Shown: piece by piece, positions 36,024 through 46,201 of the stretch
Layout of the letters: each line of letters opens with the position of its first letter
How positions within the stretch are numbered: the first letter of the stretch is position 1
NCBI GenBank assembly: GCA_963752285.1
Contig: CAVVXN010000005.1
Span: forward strand, 1,280,001-1,344,000
Length of the DNA: 64,000 nt
Origin: an uncultured Planctomycetota bacterium
Lineage (GTDB): Bacteria > Planctomycetota > PLA2 > JAEUHO01
Direction: 5' to 3'
Notes under the pieces: generated by a model
Seen by the model: only the letters and a program-made list of their open reading frames with translations
Told to the model about the DNA's origin: nothing
Databases searched by the model: none
Position numbers and translations under genes: made by a program

Positions 36024-39000
36024 TCAGGGCACGCGCGCGAGGTACTCGGCCCCGGCCACCTCGGGCAGGTCGGCGAGGCGCGCCAGGAGCCCGTCGTCGG
36101 GGGCCACGGCCCAGGACGGGCCTGCCTTGACCCGGGCCACGGTCCCGGGCTCCGGAGGGAACTCGAGCACCAGCGGCAGCGCGCCGGGCGCCCCGCGCAC
36201 CGTCTGGTGGAGGCGGTCGAGGACCGCCTCGTCCGCCTGCCGGAGCCGCACGAGCACGCCCTCCGCGAAGCGACGCGGCGCCTCCTCGACCGGGACGATC
36301 GCGTCCACCTGGATCGAGGGCGTCTCGCGGTTCTGGTCCACCTTGCCCTCGACGACCACGACCCGGTCGTCCTCGACGAGGTCCTGGAGCTCCGTGTACG
36401 CCCGCGAGAAGACGACGCACTCGACGGTGCCGCCGAGGGTCTCGAGCTGGAAGAACGCCATGCGACGCCCTTCGTTGCGCCCGCTCTTGACCACGGAGGT
36501 GCGCGTGCCGCGGAGCATGCCGCCGAGCCGGACGAGGGTCCGGTCCGGCAGGTCGCCGAGACCGAGGACCGTGGCCGTGGACAGTCGGCGCAGCCGCTCC
36601 GCGTTCGCCGCCAGCGGGTGATCGGTCGCGTAGAAGCCGATCACCTCCCGCTCCCACGCCATGCGTTGCGCGTCGGGCCAGGGCGGGACGTCGGGGTAGT
36701 CCGGGTCCTTGGCCAGGTCGAGCGCGGAGCCGCCGAAGAGCCCGAGCTGCCCCGCCGCGCGGTCCTCCGACCGCTCGTGCCCCAGGCGCTGCGCGCGGTC
36801 CAGCACGGCGAACACCTGCGCGCGCGTCGACCCGCCCGCGTCGAACGCGCCGGCCTTGACGAGGGCCTCGAGCGCCGCCCGGTTCACCGCGCGCGGATCG
36901 ACCCGTTCGCAGAGGTCGAAGACGTGACGGTACGGGCCGTCCCCCCGCCCCGCGACGATGGCCTCCGCGGCAGCGTGTCCCACGCCCTTCACGGCGGAGA
37001 GACCGTAGCGGATCGCGTCGCCCTCGACCGTGAAGTCGCACTCGGAGCGCGACACGTCCGGCGGAAGGATCTCCATCCCCATCCGCCGCGCTTCGTCCAC
37101 GTACTCCGTCACCTTGTCCATGTCCACCATCTCGCAGGTGAGGAGGGCGGCCATGAACTCGCGCGGGAAGTGACGCTTCAACCACGCCGTCTGGTACGTG
37201 ACGACCGCGTAGGCCACGGTGTGGCTCTTGTTGAACCCGTAGCCGGCGAAGTGCTCGAGCTGGGCCCAGATCTCCTCGGCACGCCCGCGCTCGAGCCCGC
37301 GCGTGACGCACCCGTCCACGAACTTCTCGCGGAACTTCGCGAGGAGCTCGGGCTTCTTCTTGCCCATCGCCTTGCGCAGGTTGTCGGCCTCGGAGAGCTC
37401 GAAGCCGGCGAGCACGTTCGCGACGCGCATCACCTGCTCCTGGTACACGACGACACCGCGCGTCTCGGAGAGGATCGGCTCCAGGTCGGGATGGGGGTAC
37501 GTGACGGCCTCGCGACCGTCCTTCCTGTCGATGTACATCTCCATCATCCCGGAGCCCATCGGCCCCGGCCGGTACAGCGCCACGATCGCCGTCAGGTCGT
37601 CGAAGCGCTCGGGTCGGATGCGGCGGAGGAGGTCGCGCATGCCGGACGACTCGAGCTGGAAGACGCCGAGCGCCTCGCCCGCCGAGAGCATCGCGAACGT
37701 CTCGGGGTCGTCGGCCGGGAGTCGGTCGAGGTCGGGCGGCTCGCGACCACCGCGGCGGATGTTCTCGAGCGCCTTCGCGATGATCGTGAGCGTGCGGAGC
37801 CCCAGGAAGTCCATCTTGAGCAGGCCGATCTGCTCGAGGACGTCCATGGAGAACTGCGTCGTCAGGTCCTTGCCCACCCGATAGAGCGGGACGTACTCCT
37901 CGAGGGGGGCGTCCGCGATCACCACGCCGGCGGCGTGCTTGCTCGCGTTCCGGTTGAGCCCCTCGAGGCGGAGCGCGATCTCGATCAGCTTCGCGTACGC
38001 GTCGTTCGACTCGACCTCCCGGCGCAGGTCCGGGTCCGACTCGAGTGCGTGCGCGAGGCTCGCCTTCGGACCGTTCGGCACCCGCTTGGCGAGCGCGTCC
38101 ACGTCGCGAAGCGGAACGTCGAGCACGCGTCCGACGTCCCGGATCACGGCCCGCGCGGCCATGCGTCCGAACGTGATGATCTGGCTCACGCGGTCCGGCC
38201 CGCCGTACTTCTCCTGCACGTACCGGATGACCTGCTCCCGCCCGTCCTTGCAGAAGTCGATGTCGATGTCGGGCATCGAGATGCGCTCGGGGTTGAGGAA
38301 CCGCTCGAACAGCAGGTCGTAGCGGAGCGGGTCGATCGACGTGATGCCCAGCGCGTAGGCCACGATGGAGCCGGCCGCGCTCCCGCGCCCCGGGCCCACC
38401 GGGATCCCCTCCCGCCGCGCGTACGACACGAAGTCCCACGTGATCAAGAAGTAGGGCACGAAGCCCATCTGCTCGATCACGCCCTGCTCCATCCGGAGCC
38501 GCTCCGCGACCCGGTCCGGCAGGGGGTCCCCGTAGCGCCGCACGGCGCCTTCCTGGCAGAGGCGGCGGAAGAAGAGGACGTTGTCCTCCCCGTTCGGCGC
38601 CTGGTACGCGGGCAGGTGGAGCGTGTCGAGGTCGAGCGCGAGGTCGCAGCGCGAGGCGATCTCCTCCGTGTTCCTCGCCGCGACCTCGAGGTCGTCGAAG
38701 ATCGAGTACATCGGCTCCGACGCGCGGAAGCAGAGAAGGCTCTCCTGCTTCAGGCGCTTGGCGTCCTTCAGGGTCTTCCCCATGCCGATGCACATGTGGA
38801 CCTCGTGCGCCGGCGCGTCGTCCTCCTGCACGTAGTGAACGTCGTTCGTGGCGACGACGGGGATCCCCAGCTCGCGTCCGAGCGCGAGGAGGACCTGGTT
38901 CACCTTCTCCTGGCCTTCGCAGCCGTTGCGCTGGAGCTCCAGGTAGTAGCGGTCGCCGAAGACGTCGCGCATCTCCCCCGCCGCCTTCCGGGCGCGCGCG

Positions 39001-39461
39001 ACGTCGTCGTGCCGCGCCCAGTACGAGGGCTCGCCGGAGAGACACGCCGACTGCGCGATCAACCCCTCGCCGAGCTCGGAGAGGAGCTCCTTGTCGATGC
39101 GCGGCACATAGTAGAAGCCCTCGGTGAACGACCGGGTGCTCAGCTTGATGAGGTTGCGGTAGCCCGTCTGGTTCTGCGCGAGCAGGATCACGTGGAACGC
39201 CGCGACGGGGTTCCTCTCGCGGTCGAACCGGGAGTGGGGCGCGAGGTACGCCTCGATCCCGACGAGCGGCTTCACACCCTGCTGGCGGCACTCCCGGTAG
39301 AACTCGATCGCGCCGCAGAGGTTGCCGTGGTCGGTGAGCGCGAGCGCGGGCTGCGAGAAGCGCGCGGCGGCACCGACGAGGTCCGGGATCTTCGCGGCGC
39401 CGTCGAGCAGGCTGTAGTCGCTGTGGACGTGGGTGTGGACGAAGTCGCGCGGCCGAACCAT
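36024..39461 (-). CDS. dnaE: DNA polymerase III subunit alpha
   Basis: PHP FVHTHVHSDYSLLDG, GPGRGSAAGS, MPDIDIDF, LKMDFLGL, FAGYGFNKSH and C-terminal OB fold; no intein evident. Confidence 0.97.
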   Translation of the reverse strand: MVRPRDFVHTHVHSDYSLLDGAAKIPDLVGAAARFSQPALALTDHGNLCGAIEFYRECRQQGVKPLVGIEAYLAPHSRFDRERNPVAAFHVILLAQNQTGYRNLIKLSTRSFTEGFYYVPRIDKELLSELGEGLIAQSACLSGEPSYWARHDDVARARKAAGEMRDVFGDRYYLELQRNGCEGQEKVNQVLLALGRELGIPVVATNDVHYVQEDDAPAHEVHMCIGMGKTLKDAKRLKQESLLCFRASEPMYSIFDDLEVAARNTEEIASRCDLALDLDTLHLPAYQAPNGEDNVLFFRRLCQEGAVRRYGDPLPDRVAERLRMEQGVIEQMGFVPYFLITWDFVSYARREGIPVGPGRGSAAGSIVAYALGITSIDPLRYDLLFERFLNPERISMPDIDIDFCKDGREQVIRYVQEKYGGPDRVSQIITFGRMAARAVIRDVGRVLDVPLRDVDALAKRVPNGPKASLAHALESDPDLRREVESNDAYAKLIEIALRLEGLNRNASKHAAGVVIADAPLEEYVPLYRVGKDLTTQFSMDVLEQIGLLKMDFLGLRTLTIIAKALENIRRGGREPPDLDRLPADDPETFAMLSAGEALGVFQLESSGMRDLLRRIRPERFDDLTAIVALYRPGPMGSGMMEMYIDRKDGREAVTYPHPDLEPILSETRGVVVYQEQVMRVANVLAGFELSEADNLRKAMGKKKPELLAKFREKFVDGCVTRGLERGRAEEIWAQLEHFAGYGFNKSHTVAYAVVTYQTAWLKRHFPREFMAALLTCEMVDMDKVTEYVDEARRMGMEILPPDVSRSECDFTVEGDAIRYGLSAVKGVGHAAAEAIVAGRGDGPYRHVFDLCERVDPRAVNRAALEALVKAGAFDAGGSTRAQVFAVLDRAQRLGHERSEDRAAGQLGLFGGSALDLAKDPDYPDVPPWPDAQRMAWEREVIGFYATDHPLAANAERLRRLSTATVLGLGDLPDRTLVRLGGMLRGTRTSVVKSGRNEGRRMAFFQLETLGGTVECVVFSRAYTELQDLVEDDRVVVVEGKVDQNRETPSIQVDAIVPVEEAPRRFAEGVLVRLRQADEAVLDRLHQTVRGAPGALPLVLEFPPEPGTVARVKAGPSWAVAPDDGLLARLADLPEVAGAEYLARVP

Positions 39462-39653
39462 GCCCTCTCCGAGCGCGCGCGGCCGGGCCGGCCGGCCCTC
39501 GGGGGCGACCCGGCCGGCGTCCCGCCGTCGTCCGGGGCGCACCGGCCCCGAGTCGGCTGCGGGTCCGCGCGAGCGGGCGGATCGTAGGCGCGGGGTGGGA
39601 CAGGCCCGCCGGCACGGGCCCGCCGGGACGGGCCCGCCGGGACGGGTCCCGTC

Positions 39654-40472
39654 CTACCGGTTCATCTGGATCTGGCGCTCGAGGCGAACGTCCCCCACCA
39701 CCAGCCACCCCTCGCGACCCGCGGTGATCAGGTCGTCGTCGGGCCGGAACTCGTCGCCGGGGCGCAGGAACGTCATGTCGTACACGCGGCGCTCGCGCAC
39801 CTCCCAGTACTCGACCTTCGGAGCGGGGATCCCGCCGTCGCCCGCGGCCTTCTTCATCGCGGCCCGCATCTCTCGGTTGCGCTCGACGTACCCCACGTCC
39901 TGGATCACCACGCCGGTGTCGATCGCCTCGGTCTCCCCGCTCTCGGGGTTCGTGATCGTGTACGTGGCGCCCGAAGGCGTCTCGACCTTCACGTCGTACC
40001 GCTCGACCTTGTAGATCGCCACGGGGTCGGCGAGCCCGAGCACCTGCACGTGCACCTCGTCGTACAGCGGGTCCAAGGGACCGAAGATCGCCACCGCGTC
40101 GTACGTCTGGCCGGGGTCGATCTTCCCGGTCGTGGACGCGACGGAGACGAGCTGGTCGTCGTTCTCCTGCTCGCGGATCGCGTCCAGGGCCTCGTCGTGG
40201 CTCGTGGCGACGACCACCTTCTTCGTATCGGTGATCGCCTTCACGAGGGGAACCCAGTGCCGCGCGAAGGCGGTCGGGTTCGTGACCTTGAGCCGGATGT
40301 AGTGATACGTCGTCCGCGCGCCGGTCGGGCTCTCGACCGTCACGATCCGGAGCGGACCGTGGTCGAGCGTGAGCGTCCAGCGGAGCGACTTCTTCTGTCC
40401 GACGTCGTCCGCCCGGGCGACGCCCAGCGAGAGGAGGGTCAGCACGCCGACGAGGGTCCAGACCGGCTTCAT
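39654..40472 (-). CDS. Secreted hypothetical protein (272 aa)
   Basis: Signal peptide MKPVWTLVGVLTLLSLGVARA-DD; beta-rich mature part. Confidence 0.7.
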   Translation of the reverse strand: MKPVWTLVGVLTLLSLGVARADDVGQKKSLRWTLTLDHGPLRIVTVESPTGARTTYHYIRLKVTNPTAFARHWVPLVKAITDTKKVVVATSHDEALDAIREQENDDQLVSVASTTGKIDPGQTYDAVAIFGPLDPLYDEVHVQVLGLADPVAIYKVERYDVKVETPSGATYTITNPESGETEAIDTGVVIQDVGYVERNREMRAAMKKAAGDGGIPAPKVEYWEVRERRVYDMTFLRPGDEFRPDDDLITAGREGWLVVGDVRLERQIQMNR

Positions 40473-40573
40473 GTAGGGAATCCTCCGGGAGGGGGACGCC
40501 GTCCCGCAGGGCGGAACATACCGTCCCCGCCGTCCGGGAGGCAAGAACTAGCCACCGACGGGGGCGGCCCCCG

Positions 40574-41269
40574 TCACTCGGACGACATGCACTTCAGGTC
40601 TTCGGACCGGGCGTCGTCGCCCAGGAAGGGCTCGACGTCCCCGTCCACCTCCTCCGGGCCCGCCTGCATCCCGAGGTCGGACCAGTCCTTGAACTGGGCG
40701 CTCCCGTCGGTGAACGCCATGATCAGGCCCTTGGGGTGGTGGAGGTTCCCGTCGTCGTCGTCGCAGACGAGCGGGACGACCATGCTCTCCTTGTCGGGGG
40801 TGATCCGACACTCGTCCCGGGTGTTCAGGCGGCCGGCGTAGGAGGTGAGGTCCTTGAAGTCCCCGGTGCCGCTCTTGAGCGACTGGAGCGTGATGTCCTT
40901 GTAGCGCTTGGCCCCGTCGATCTGGACCTTCTCCTGCCAGGTGTACTTCGTGTCGCCCGGCGAGAAGAAGACCTTGAGGTTGTCCGGACGCCGGGCGTCC
41001 ACCTCGCCGGTCGCGACCAGGGAGAGCAGGAAGTTCTTCCCGTCGAACGGCGGCCAGGCCCGCTTCTGCTGGGACTGCCCGGAGAGGAGGAGGGCGAGGC
41101 CCCGGACGTTGCTGAGGCTCTCGGTCCGGCGCCCCTGCTCGCGGACGTACGGCACGCCGACCATCACCATCCCGGCCAGGACGACGATGATCGACATCAC
41201 GACGAGGATCTCGATGAAGGTGAAACCGGACGGGCGGGCCTTCGTGCGCGCGGGCTCTGCACGTTCCAT
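40574..41269 (-). CDS. Type IV pilin/pseudopilin with prepilin cleavage site and C-terminal H-X9-DG motif
   Basis: G|FTFIEILVVMSII (Glu at +5) and H-PKGLIMAFT-DG. Confidence 0.9.
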   Translation of the reverse strand: MERAEPARTKARPSGFTFIEILVVMSIIVVLAGMVMVGVPYVREQGRRTESLSNVRGLALLLSGQSQQKRAWPPFDGKNFLLSLVATGEVDARRPDNLKVFFSPGDTKYTWQEKVQIDGAKRYKDITLQSLKSGTGDFKDLTSYAGRLNTRDECRITPDKESMVVPLVCDDDDGNLHHPKGLIMAFTDGSAQFKDWSDLGMQAGPEEVDGDVEPFLGDDARSEDLKCMSSE

Positions 41270-41372
41270 TCAGCGCTCCTCGGCGGGGATTTCTCGACGG
41301 TGGTGTGCGGGTCGGGCCGCGCGGAGCTCGTGTTCACGAGCGGTGCGAGGACCTGTCGAAACGGCATGATAA

Positions 41373-41387
41373 ACAACCCGCGTGCCG
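41373..41387 (-). promoter_or_regulatory. Candidate sigma54 promoter of the pilin gene
   Basis: Minus strand CGGCACGCGGGTTGT: GGCACG at -24 and TTGT (for TTGC) at -12 with correct spacing. Confidence 0.5.
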
Positions 41388-41559
41388 ATCTCCCGTCCAA
41401 TCGGCCCGGTCGCCCCCAGACCCCGAACGTCTCGGCTCGGCGGCCCGTGGGGACGCCGGGGCGCGTCCGCGTCGCGCGATGCGCGGCCTCCGCTTTTCGG
41501 TCACACGGTTTCCACCGGCGCCGGCCGGGAGACGCCCGCGTGAGGTCCGGGGCTCTCGT

Positions 41560-42729
41560 TCAGCCGCGCGCGCTGGCCGACTCGACCTCCTGGCGGAGGG
41601 CGGCCGTCCGGTCGGTCCGCTCCCACGGGAACTCCGGTCGGCCGAAGTGCCCCCCGACGGCCGTTCGACGGTAGATGGGCCGGAGCAGGTCGAGGTCCTG
41701 GATGATCCCGTAGGGGGTCAGCCTGAACACCTCGCGGACGGCCCGCTCGAGGACCGGCTCCGGCGCGGGGGTCCGCCCGAAGCCGCGGGCGCGGACGCGG
41801 AGCGACACGGGATCCGCGACCCCGATCGCGTAGGCCAGCTGGACCTCCACCTCGTCGGCGAGGTCCGCGGCCACCACGTTCTTCGCGACGTACCGCGCCA
41901 TGTAGCAGGCGCTCCGGTCCACCTTGCTCGGGTCCTTGCCGCTGAAAGCCCCCCCGCCGTGGGGCGCGGAGCCGCCGTACGTGTCCACGATGATCTTGCG
42001 CCCCGTGAGCCCGGTGTCGCCCTTCGGACCGCCGACCGTGAAGCTCCCGGTCGGGTTCACGTGGAGGACCGTACGGTCGTCGAGGAGCCCCTCGGGAAGG
42101 AGCGGCAGCAGGAGATCGTGCACGTCTTGCGCGATCCGGGCGTGGGACACGCCCGCGTCGTGCTGGGTCGAGACCACGACCGTGTGGACGCGCCGGGGCC
42201 GATCGTCCTCGCCGTACTCCACGGTCACCTGGCTCTTCCCGTCGGGACCGAGGTACGGGAGGGTGCCGTCCTCCCGGAGCCGGGTGAGGCCCCGGGTCAG
42301 CACGTGCGCGAGGTGGATGGGGAGGGGCATCAGCTCGTCCGTGTCGCGGCAGGCGTACCCGAACATCAGCCCCTGGTCGCCCGCGCCCTGGAGCTCCGGG
42401 TCGCCGCGGTCCACGCCCTGGGCGATCTCGGGGGACTGGTGGCCGAGCGCCACGAGCACGGAGACGTCGTCGGCCGGGAACCCGTACCGGGGGTCCCCGT
42501 AGCCGGCCGCGCGGATCGCCTCCCGGGCGACCTCCTGCACGTCCACGATGGCGCGGGAACGGACCTCGCCCCCCACGAGGCAGAGGCCGTTGGTCACGAA
42601 CGTCTCGCAGGCGACGCGGGCGCCCGGGTCCGCCCCGAGGTGCGCGTCGAGGACGGCGTCGCTCACGGCGTCGGCGAGCTTGTCGGGGTGTCCCCCCGTG
42701 ACGGATTCCGATGTGAAGAGATAGGACAT
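41560..42729 (-). CDS. metK: S-adenosylmethionine synthetase
   Basis: [42 protein letters not shown] and [16 protein letters not shown]. Confidence 0.98.
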   Translation of the reverse strand: MSYLFTSESVTGGHPDKLADAVSDAVLDAHLGADPGARVACETFVTNGLCLVGGEVRSRAIVDVQEVAREAIRAAGYGDPRYGFPADDVSVLVALGHQSPEIAQGVDRGDPELQGAGDQGLMFGYACRDTDELMPLPIHLAHVLTRGLTRLREDGTLPYLGPDGKSQVTVEYGEDDRPRRVHTVVVSTQHDAGVSHARIAQDVHDLLLPLLPEGLLDDRTVLHVNPTGSFTVGGPKGDTGLTGRKIIVDTYGGSAPHGGGAFSGKDPSKVDRSACYMARYVAKNVVAADLADEVEVQLAYAIGVADPVSLRVRARGFGRTPAPEPVLERAVREVFRLTPYGIIQDLDLLRPIYRRTAVGGHFGRPEFPWERTDRTAALRQEVESASARG

Positions 42730-43054
42730 GCGACGTGGCTCCCGTGGTCGCGGGGGATCCTAAATCCGGCCCGGGACGGCCACATGGACAAAGTGCGCCG
42801 TTCGGGTCCGCCGCTTGCGTAGGCCCTCCCGCCGAGCTCGCGCGGACCGTGGACCGCGGTCCCGTAAGCTCGGGGGACCGCGGGACCCGACGTCGGCGTG
42901 CCGGACGCGTCCGCCACGGTGGCGGTCGCGACGTCGGGCCGGGCCCGCGGACCCTCGTTTCCTCGTACGACCGCACGCGAACCCGCGACCGGGGGGCCGA
43001 CCGACGTCCCGTCGGCACGGGCGCGCGTGCCCCCCCCGAAGGGAGGACCCCGAG

Positions 43055-43426
43055 ATGACCGCGCCTCGCACCTTCCGGCGCGCCGCGCTCGCGCCGCTCG
43101 TCGCGCTCCTCGTCCTGGCGCCGATCGTCGCCGCCTGCGGCGGCGGCCACCACCACGACGTGTTCCTGTCGGGCAACGTGTTCGTGGACAACCTGACCGA
43201 CACCACCGCGCCCGAGGACTGCGAGGGGTTCTTCCTCGCGCCGTCCGGGGGCACGTTCACCGGAAACCTCCTCTCGGGCCCGTTGCCCGCCGGCTCGACG
43301 GAGTTCGTGGGATCCTTCACGGAGGGCTTCTACGACGGCGAGGCGGACATGGAGTTCGGCGACGTGATCCAGTGGTTCGACGTCTTCGTGGCCGGGAACG
43401 ACGACACGTACTTCGAGATCTACTGA
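43055..43426 (+). CDS. Small acidic lipoprotein (123 aa)
   Basis: GGGAGG RBS, ATG 43055 and lipobox VAA-C-GGGHHHD. Confidence 0.75.
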   Translation: MTAPRTFRRAALAPLVALLVLAPIVAACGGGHHHDVFLSGNVFVDNLTDTTAPEDCEGFFLAPSGGTFTGNLLSGPLPAGSTEFVGSFTEGFYDGEADMEFGDVIQWFDVFVAGNDDTYFEIY

Positions 43427-43435
43427 CCGCGGACG

Positions 43436-46162
43436 ATGACCTCGCGCCGACGCGTCCTCCTCGCCCTCGCGACCGTGCTCGCCCTCGGCGGAGCCGCGTG
43501 GCTCGTCGGGACGCGAGACGCTGCGCCCCCCCGGCCGGAGGGCGCAGCGCTCGTCCGGCCCGGCGCGCCCTTTACGGGCGCGGCGCGCGCCGAGGCGGCC
43601 CCGGGCGAAGCGGGCGGTTCCCCGACGGCGGCCGACCGTTCCGGGGCGCCGGCCCGTTCGGACGGGCGCGCCCGGGTTCCACGCGTCACCGGGCGCGTCG
43701 AGGACGAGCGGGGCGTGCCGGTCGCGGGGGCCGAGGTCCGCGCGGAGGCGCTCGACCCGCGCGCGCTCCGCGGCGGCCTCGCGGAGCACGGCGACGCGCT
43801 CGGCCACGCCACGAGCGACGCGGACGGACGCTTCGAGGTCCCGGTGCGCGAGGCGGGCTGGTCGAGGATCCGCGCCGAGGCCGCGGGCCACGGGACCGCG
43901 GACGCGTGGGCCGCGGGCCCCGGCGCGTGGGTCCTCCTCACGCTCCCCGACCCCGGGACGCTCGACGTCCGCGCCGTGGACGGCGACGGCGCGCCCGTCG
44001 CGGACGCGCACGTCGACGCCTGGATCGGCAGGACGCGCCTCGCCGGCACGACCGACGGGGACGGGACGTGGCACGACGAGACCGTCCCACCCGGCAGCGC
44101 GAAGCTCCGCGCGACCGCGCCGGACGGACGGGAGGGCGAGGCCGGCCCCGTCGCGGTCTCGCCGGGCGCGAGCACGCACGTCCTCGTCGTCCTGGCCCCC
44201 GCCGTCGCGCTCGGCGGACGCGTGGTGGACGCGAGGAGCGGGCTCCCGGTCGAGGGGGCCGAGGTGGACGTCGCGCGGCCCGGCCGGGGCGTGTCCTTCG
44301 GCACGACCGGGCCCGACGGGACGTTCGGACCCGCCGTCGCGGGTCCCGCGGGCGCGCGCGTCCTCGTCGCCGCGCGCGCACCGGGCCGACGCCCCACGCT
44401 CCTCCCCGTCGTGCTCGCGGCGGGCGCGCCCGCGATGGAGGTCCGGGTCCCGCTCTCGGAGGCCTCGGACGTCGCGGGGCGCGTCGTGGACGACGAGGGC
44501 CGGCCGGTCGCGGGCGCGCGGGTGACGACGACCTCGGACGGCGTGCTCGACCGCGCGCCGCCGGGGGTCACGACCGACGAGCAGGGGCGATTCGCGCTCC
44601 CGCCGCCCGGTCCGCCCGCACCCGGCCGCCGCGTCTCGATCGTGGCCGAGGGGCCGGAGGGCCGGGCGGCGCTCTCGCTCCGCCCCGACGAGACGGTCTC
44701 GGACGTGGTGCTCGTCCTCGTGCCCGGCGCGACGGTCCAGGGACGGGTCGTCGACGGCGAGGGCCGTGCGCTCGCGGGCGTCGTGGCGCGCCTCGAACCC
44801 GTCTGGGGACGCCTCCCCGACCGCGGGCGCCCGGGCGCGCGGACGTCGCTGCTCCTCTCGATGAGCGGGTCCGACGCGGGGTTCCCCACCGCCTCGACGG
44901 ACGCGGAGGGTCGCTTCGAGGTGCGCGCGGTGCCGCGCGGCCCGTACGACGTCCGCCTCGCGCGGGGCGCGCTCGAGGGCCGCGGCGGCTCGGGCCCGGT
45001 CGAGGTGGAGGGCGACCTGGATCTCGGCACCCTCGTCCTCGGCTCGGGCCGCGCCCTCGAGGGTCGCGTGCTCGACCTGCACGGCGCCGGGATCCCCGGC
45101 GCCCAGGTGGACCTCGCCCCGGCCGCCCGCCCCGACGCGGACCCCGCGCCGGACGACGGCGCCGGCGACGGGCGCCCGGCGGCCCGGGCGGCGGACCTCC
45201 CGCGCCACGCCACGACCGGCGCGGACGGGAGCTACCGCGTGCTGGGCGTCGGGCCCGGCACGTGGCGCGTCACGGCGCGCCGCGCGGGGCTCGCTCCGGA
45301 CGCGACCGAGGTCGAGGTCTTGGCAACTGGCCCCTTCGCCGGGCCCGCCGACCTCGTGCTCGAGGACGAGGCGACGGTCGAGGGCGTGCTCTCGGAAGGC
45401 GACGCGCCGTTCCGCCGACCCTTCGAGGTGGTGCTCGAGGCGGAGGGGGGAGGCCGACGCCGCGTCGGTCCCGTCGCGTTCCGCTCGCCCGAGGGCCGCT
45501 TCGAGGTGGACGGGGTCCCGGCGGGGTCCTGGCGCGTGCTCGCCCGGACCTTCGACGGACGGATCGCGCGCCCGCCGGAGCCGCTGGACGTACGCGCGGG
45601 CGGACGGTGGCCCGTGCGCCTCGAGCTCGAGCGCGCCGCGTCGCTCACGGGCCGGCTCCGCGGGCCCGACGGCGCGCCCGTCGCGGCGGGCCGGGTCACG
45701 CTTCGCCGCGAGGCCGACGGGACGCGGCGGAGCGCGACCACCGACGCGGCCGGCCGGTTCGAGGTCGCGGACCTCGCGCCGGGGTCTTGGCGCGTCCGCG
45801 CGACCGGGCGCGGCGGCGCGCCCGTCGAGACGCTCGTCGTCCTCCCCTCGGGCCCCTCGCTGCCGGTGGACCTCGCCCTCGCGCGCGGTGGCGCGTTGGA
45901 GGTCTCGGTCACGGCCGCGGGCGGCGGTCCCGTGCCGGGTGCGTTGGTGCTCGTGCGGCCGCCCGAGGACGCGATGCTCGAATCCGCGAGCGGTGCGCGC
46001 ACCGACGCGCGCGGCCGGCTCCAAATCGACGACCTGCCCCCCGGGGACCTCGAGGTGGTGGCGATCGCCGCCGACGGCCGCCGCGGCGGGTCCGCCTGTG
46101 TCGTCTCTGCGGGCGGGGTCGCGACGGTCGCGATCGAGGTGGCGCCGACGACCGGGCGCTGA
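43436..46162 (+). CDS. Carboxypeptidase regulatory-like domain repeat protein (membrane-anchored)
   Basis: N-terminal TM anchor and many GRVVD..G.PVAGA.V...TTD.DGRF repeats. Confidence 0.85.
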   Translation: MTSRRRVLLALATVLALGGAAWLVGTRDAAPPRPEGAALVRPGAPFTGAARAEAAPGEAGGSPTAADRSGAPARSDGRARVPRVTGRVEDERGVPVAGAEVRAEALDPRALRGGLAEHGDALGHATSDADGRFEVPVREAGWSRIRAEAAGHGTADAWAAGPGAWVLLTLPDPGTLDVRAVDGDGAPVADAHVDAWIGRTRLAGTTDGDGTWHDETVPPGSAKLRATAPDGREGEAGPVAVSPGASTHVLVVLAPAVALGGRVVDARSGLPVEGAEVDVARPGRGVSFGTTGPDGTFGPAVAGPAGARVLVAARAPGRRPTLLPVVLAAGAPAMEVRVPLSEASDVAGRVVDDEGRPVAGARVTTTSDGVLDRAPPGVTTDEQGRFALPPPGPPAPGRRVSIVAEGPEGRAALSLRPDETVSDVVLVLVPGATVQGRVVDGEGRALAGVVARLEPVWGRLPDRGRPGARTSLLLSMSGSDAGFPTASTDAEGRFEVRAVPRGPYDVRLARGALEGRGGSGPVEVEGDLDLGTLVLGSGRALEGRVLDLHGAGIPGAQVDLAPAARPDADPAPDDGAGDGRPAARAADLPRHATTGADGSYRVLGVGPGTWRVTARRAGLAPDATEVEVLATGPFAGPADLVLEDEATVEGVLSEGDAPFRRPFEVVLEAEGGGRRRVGPVAFRSPEGRFEVDGVPAGSWRVLARTFDGRIARPPEPLDVRAGGRWPVRLELERAASLTGRLRGPDGAPVAAGRVTLRREADGTRRSATTDAAGRFEVADLAPGSWRVRATGRGGAPVETLVVLPSGPSLPVDLALARGGALEVSVTAAGGGPVPGALVLVRPPEDAMLESASGARTDARGRLQIDDLPPGDLEVVAIAADGRRGGSACVVSAGGVATVAIEVAPTTGR

Positions 46163-46201
46163 GGGCGCGCGTCCGCACCGGGGCCGACGCCGCGGTCGGT
46201 G

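Noticed and set aside
42730..43054. SAM riboswitch upstream of metK; 10-bp hairpin at 42854-42883
   Set aside because: No SAM riboswitch consensus was recognisable by eye, and a TAGGAT -10 lies close to the start. An Infernal/Rfam scan would be decisive.
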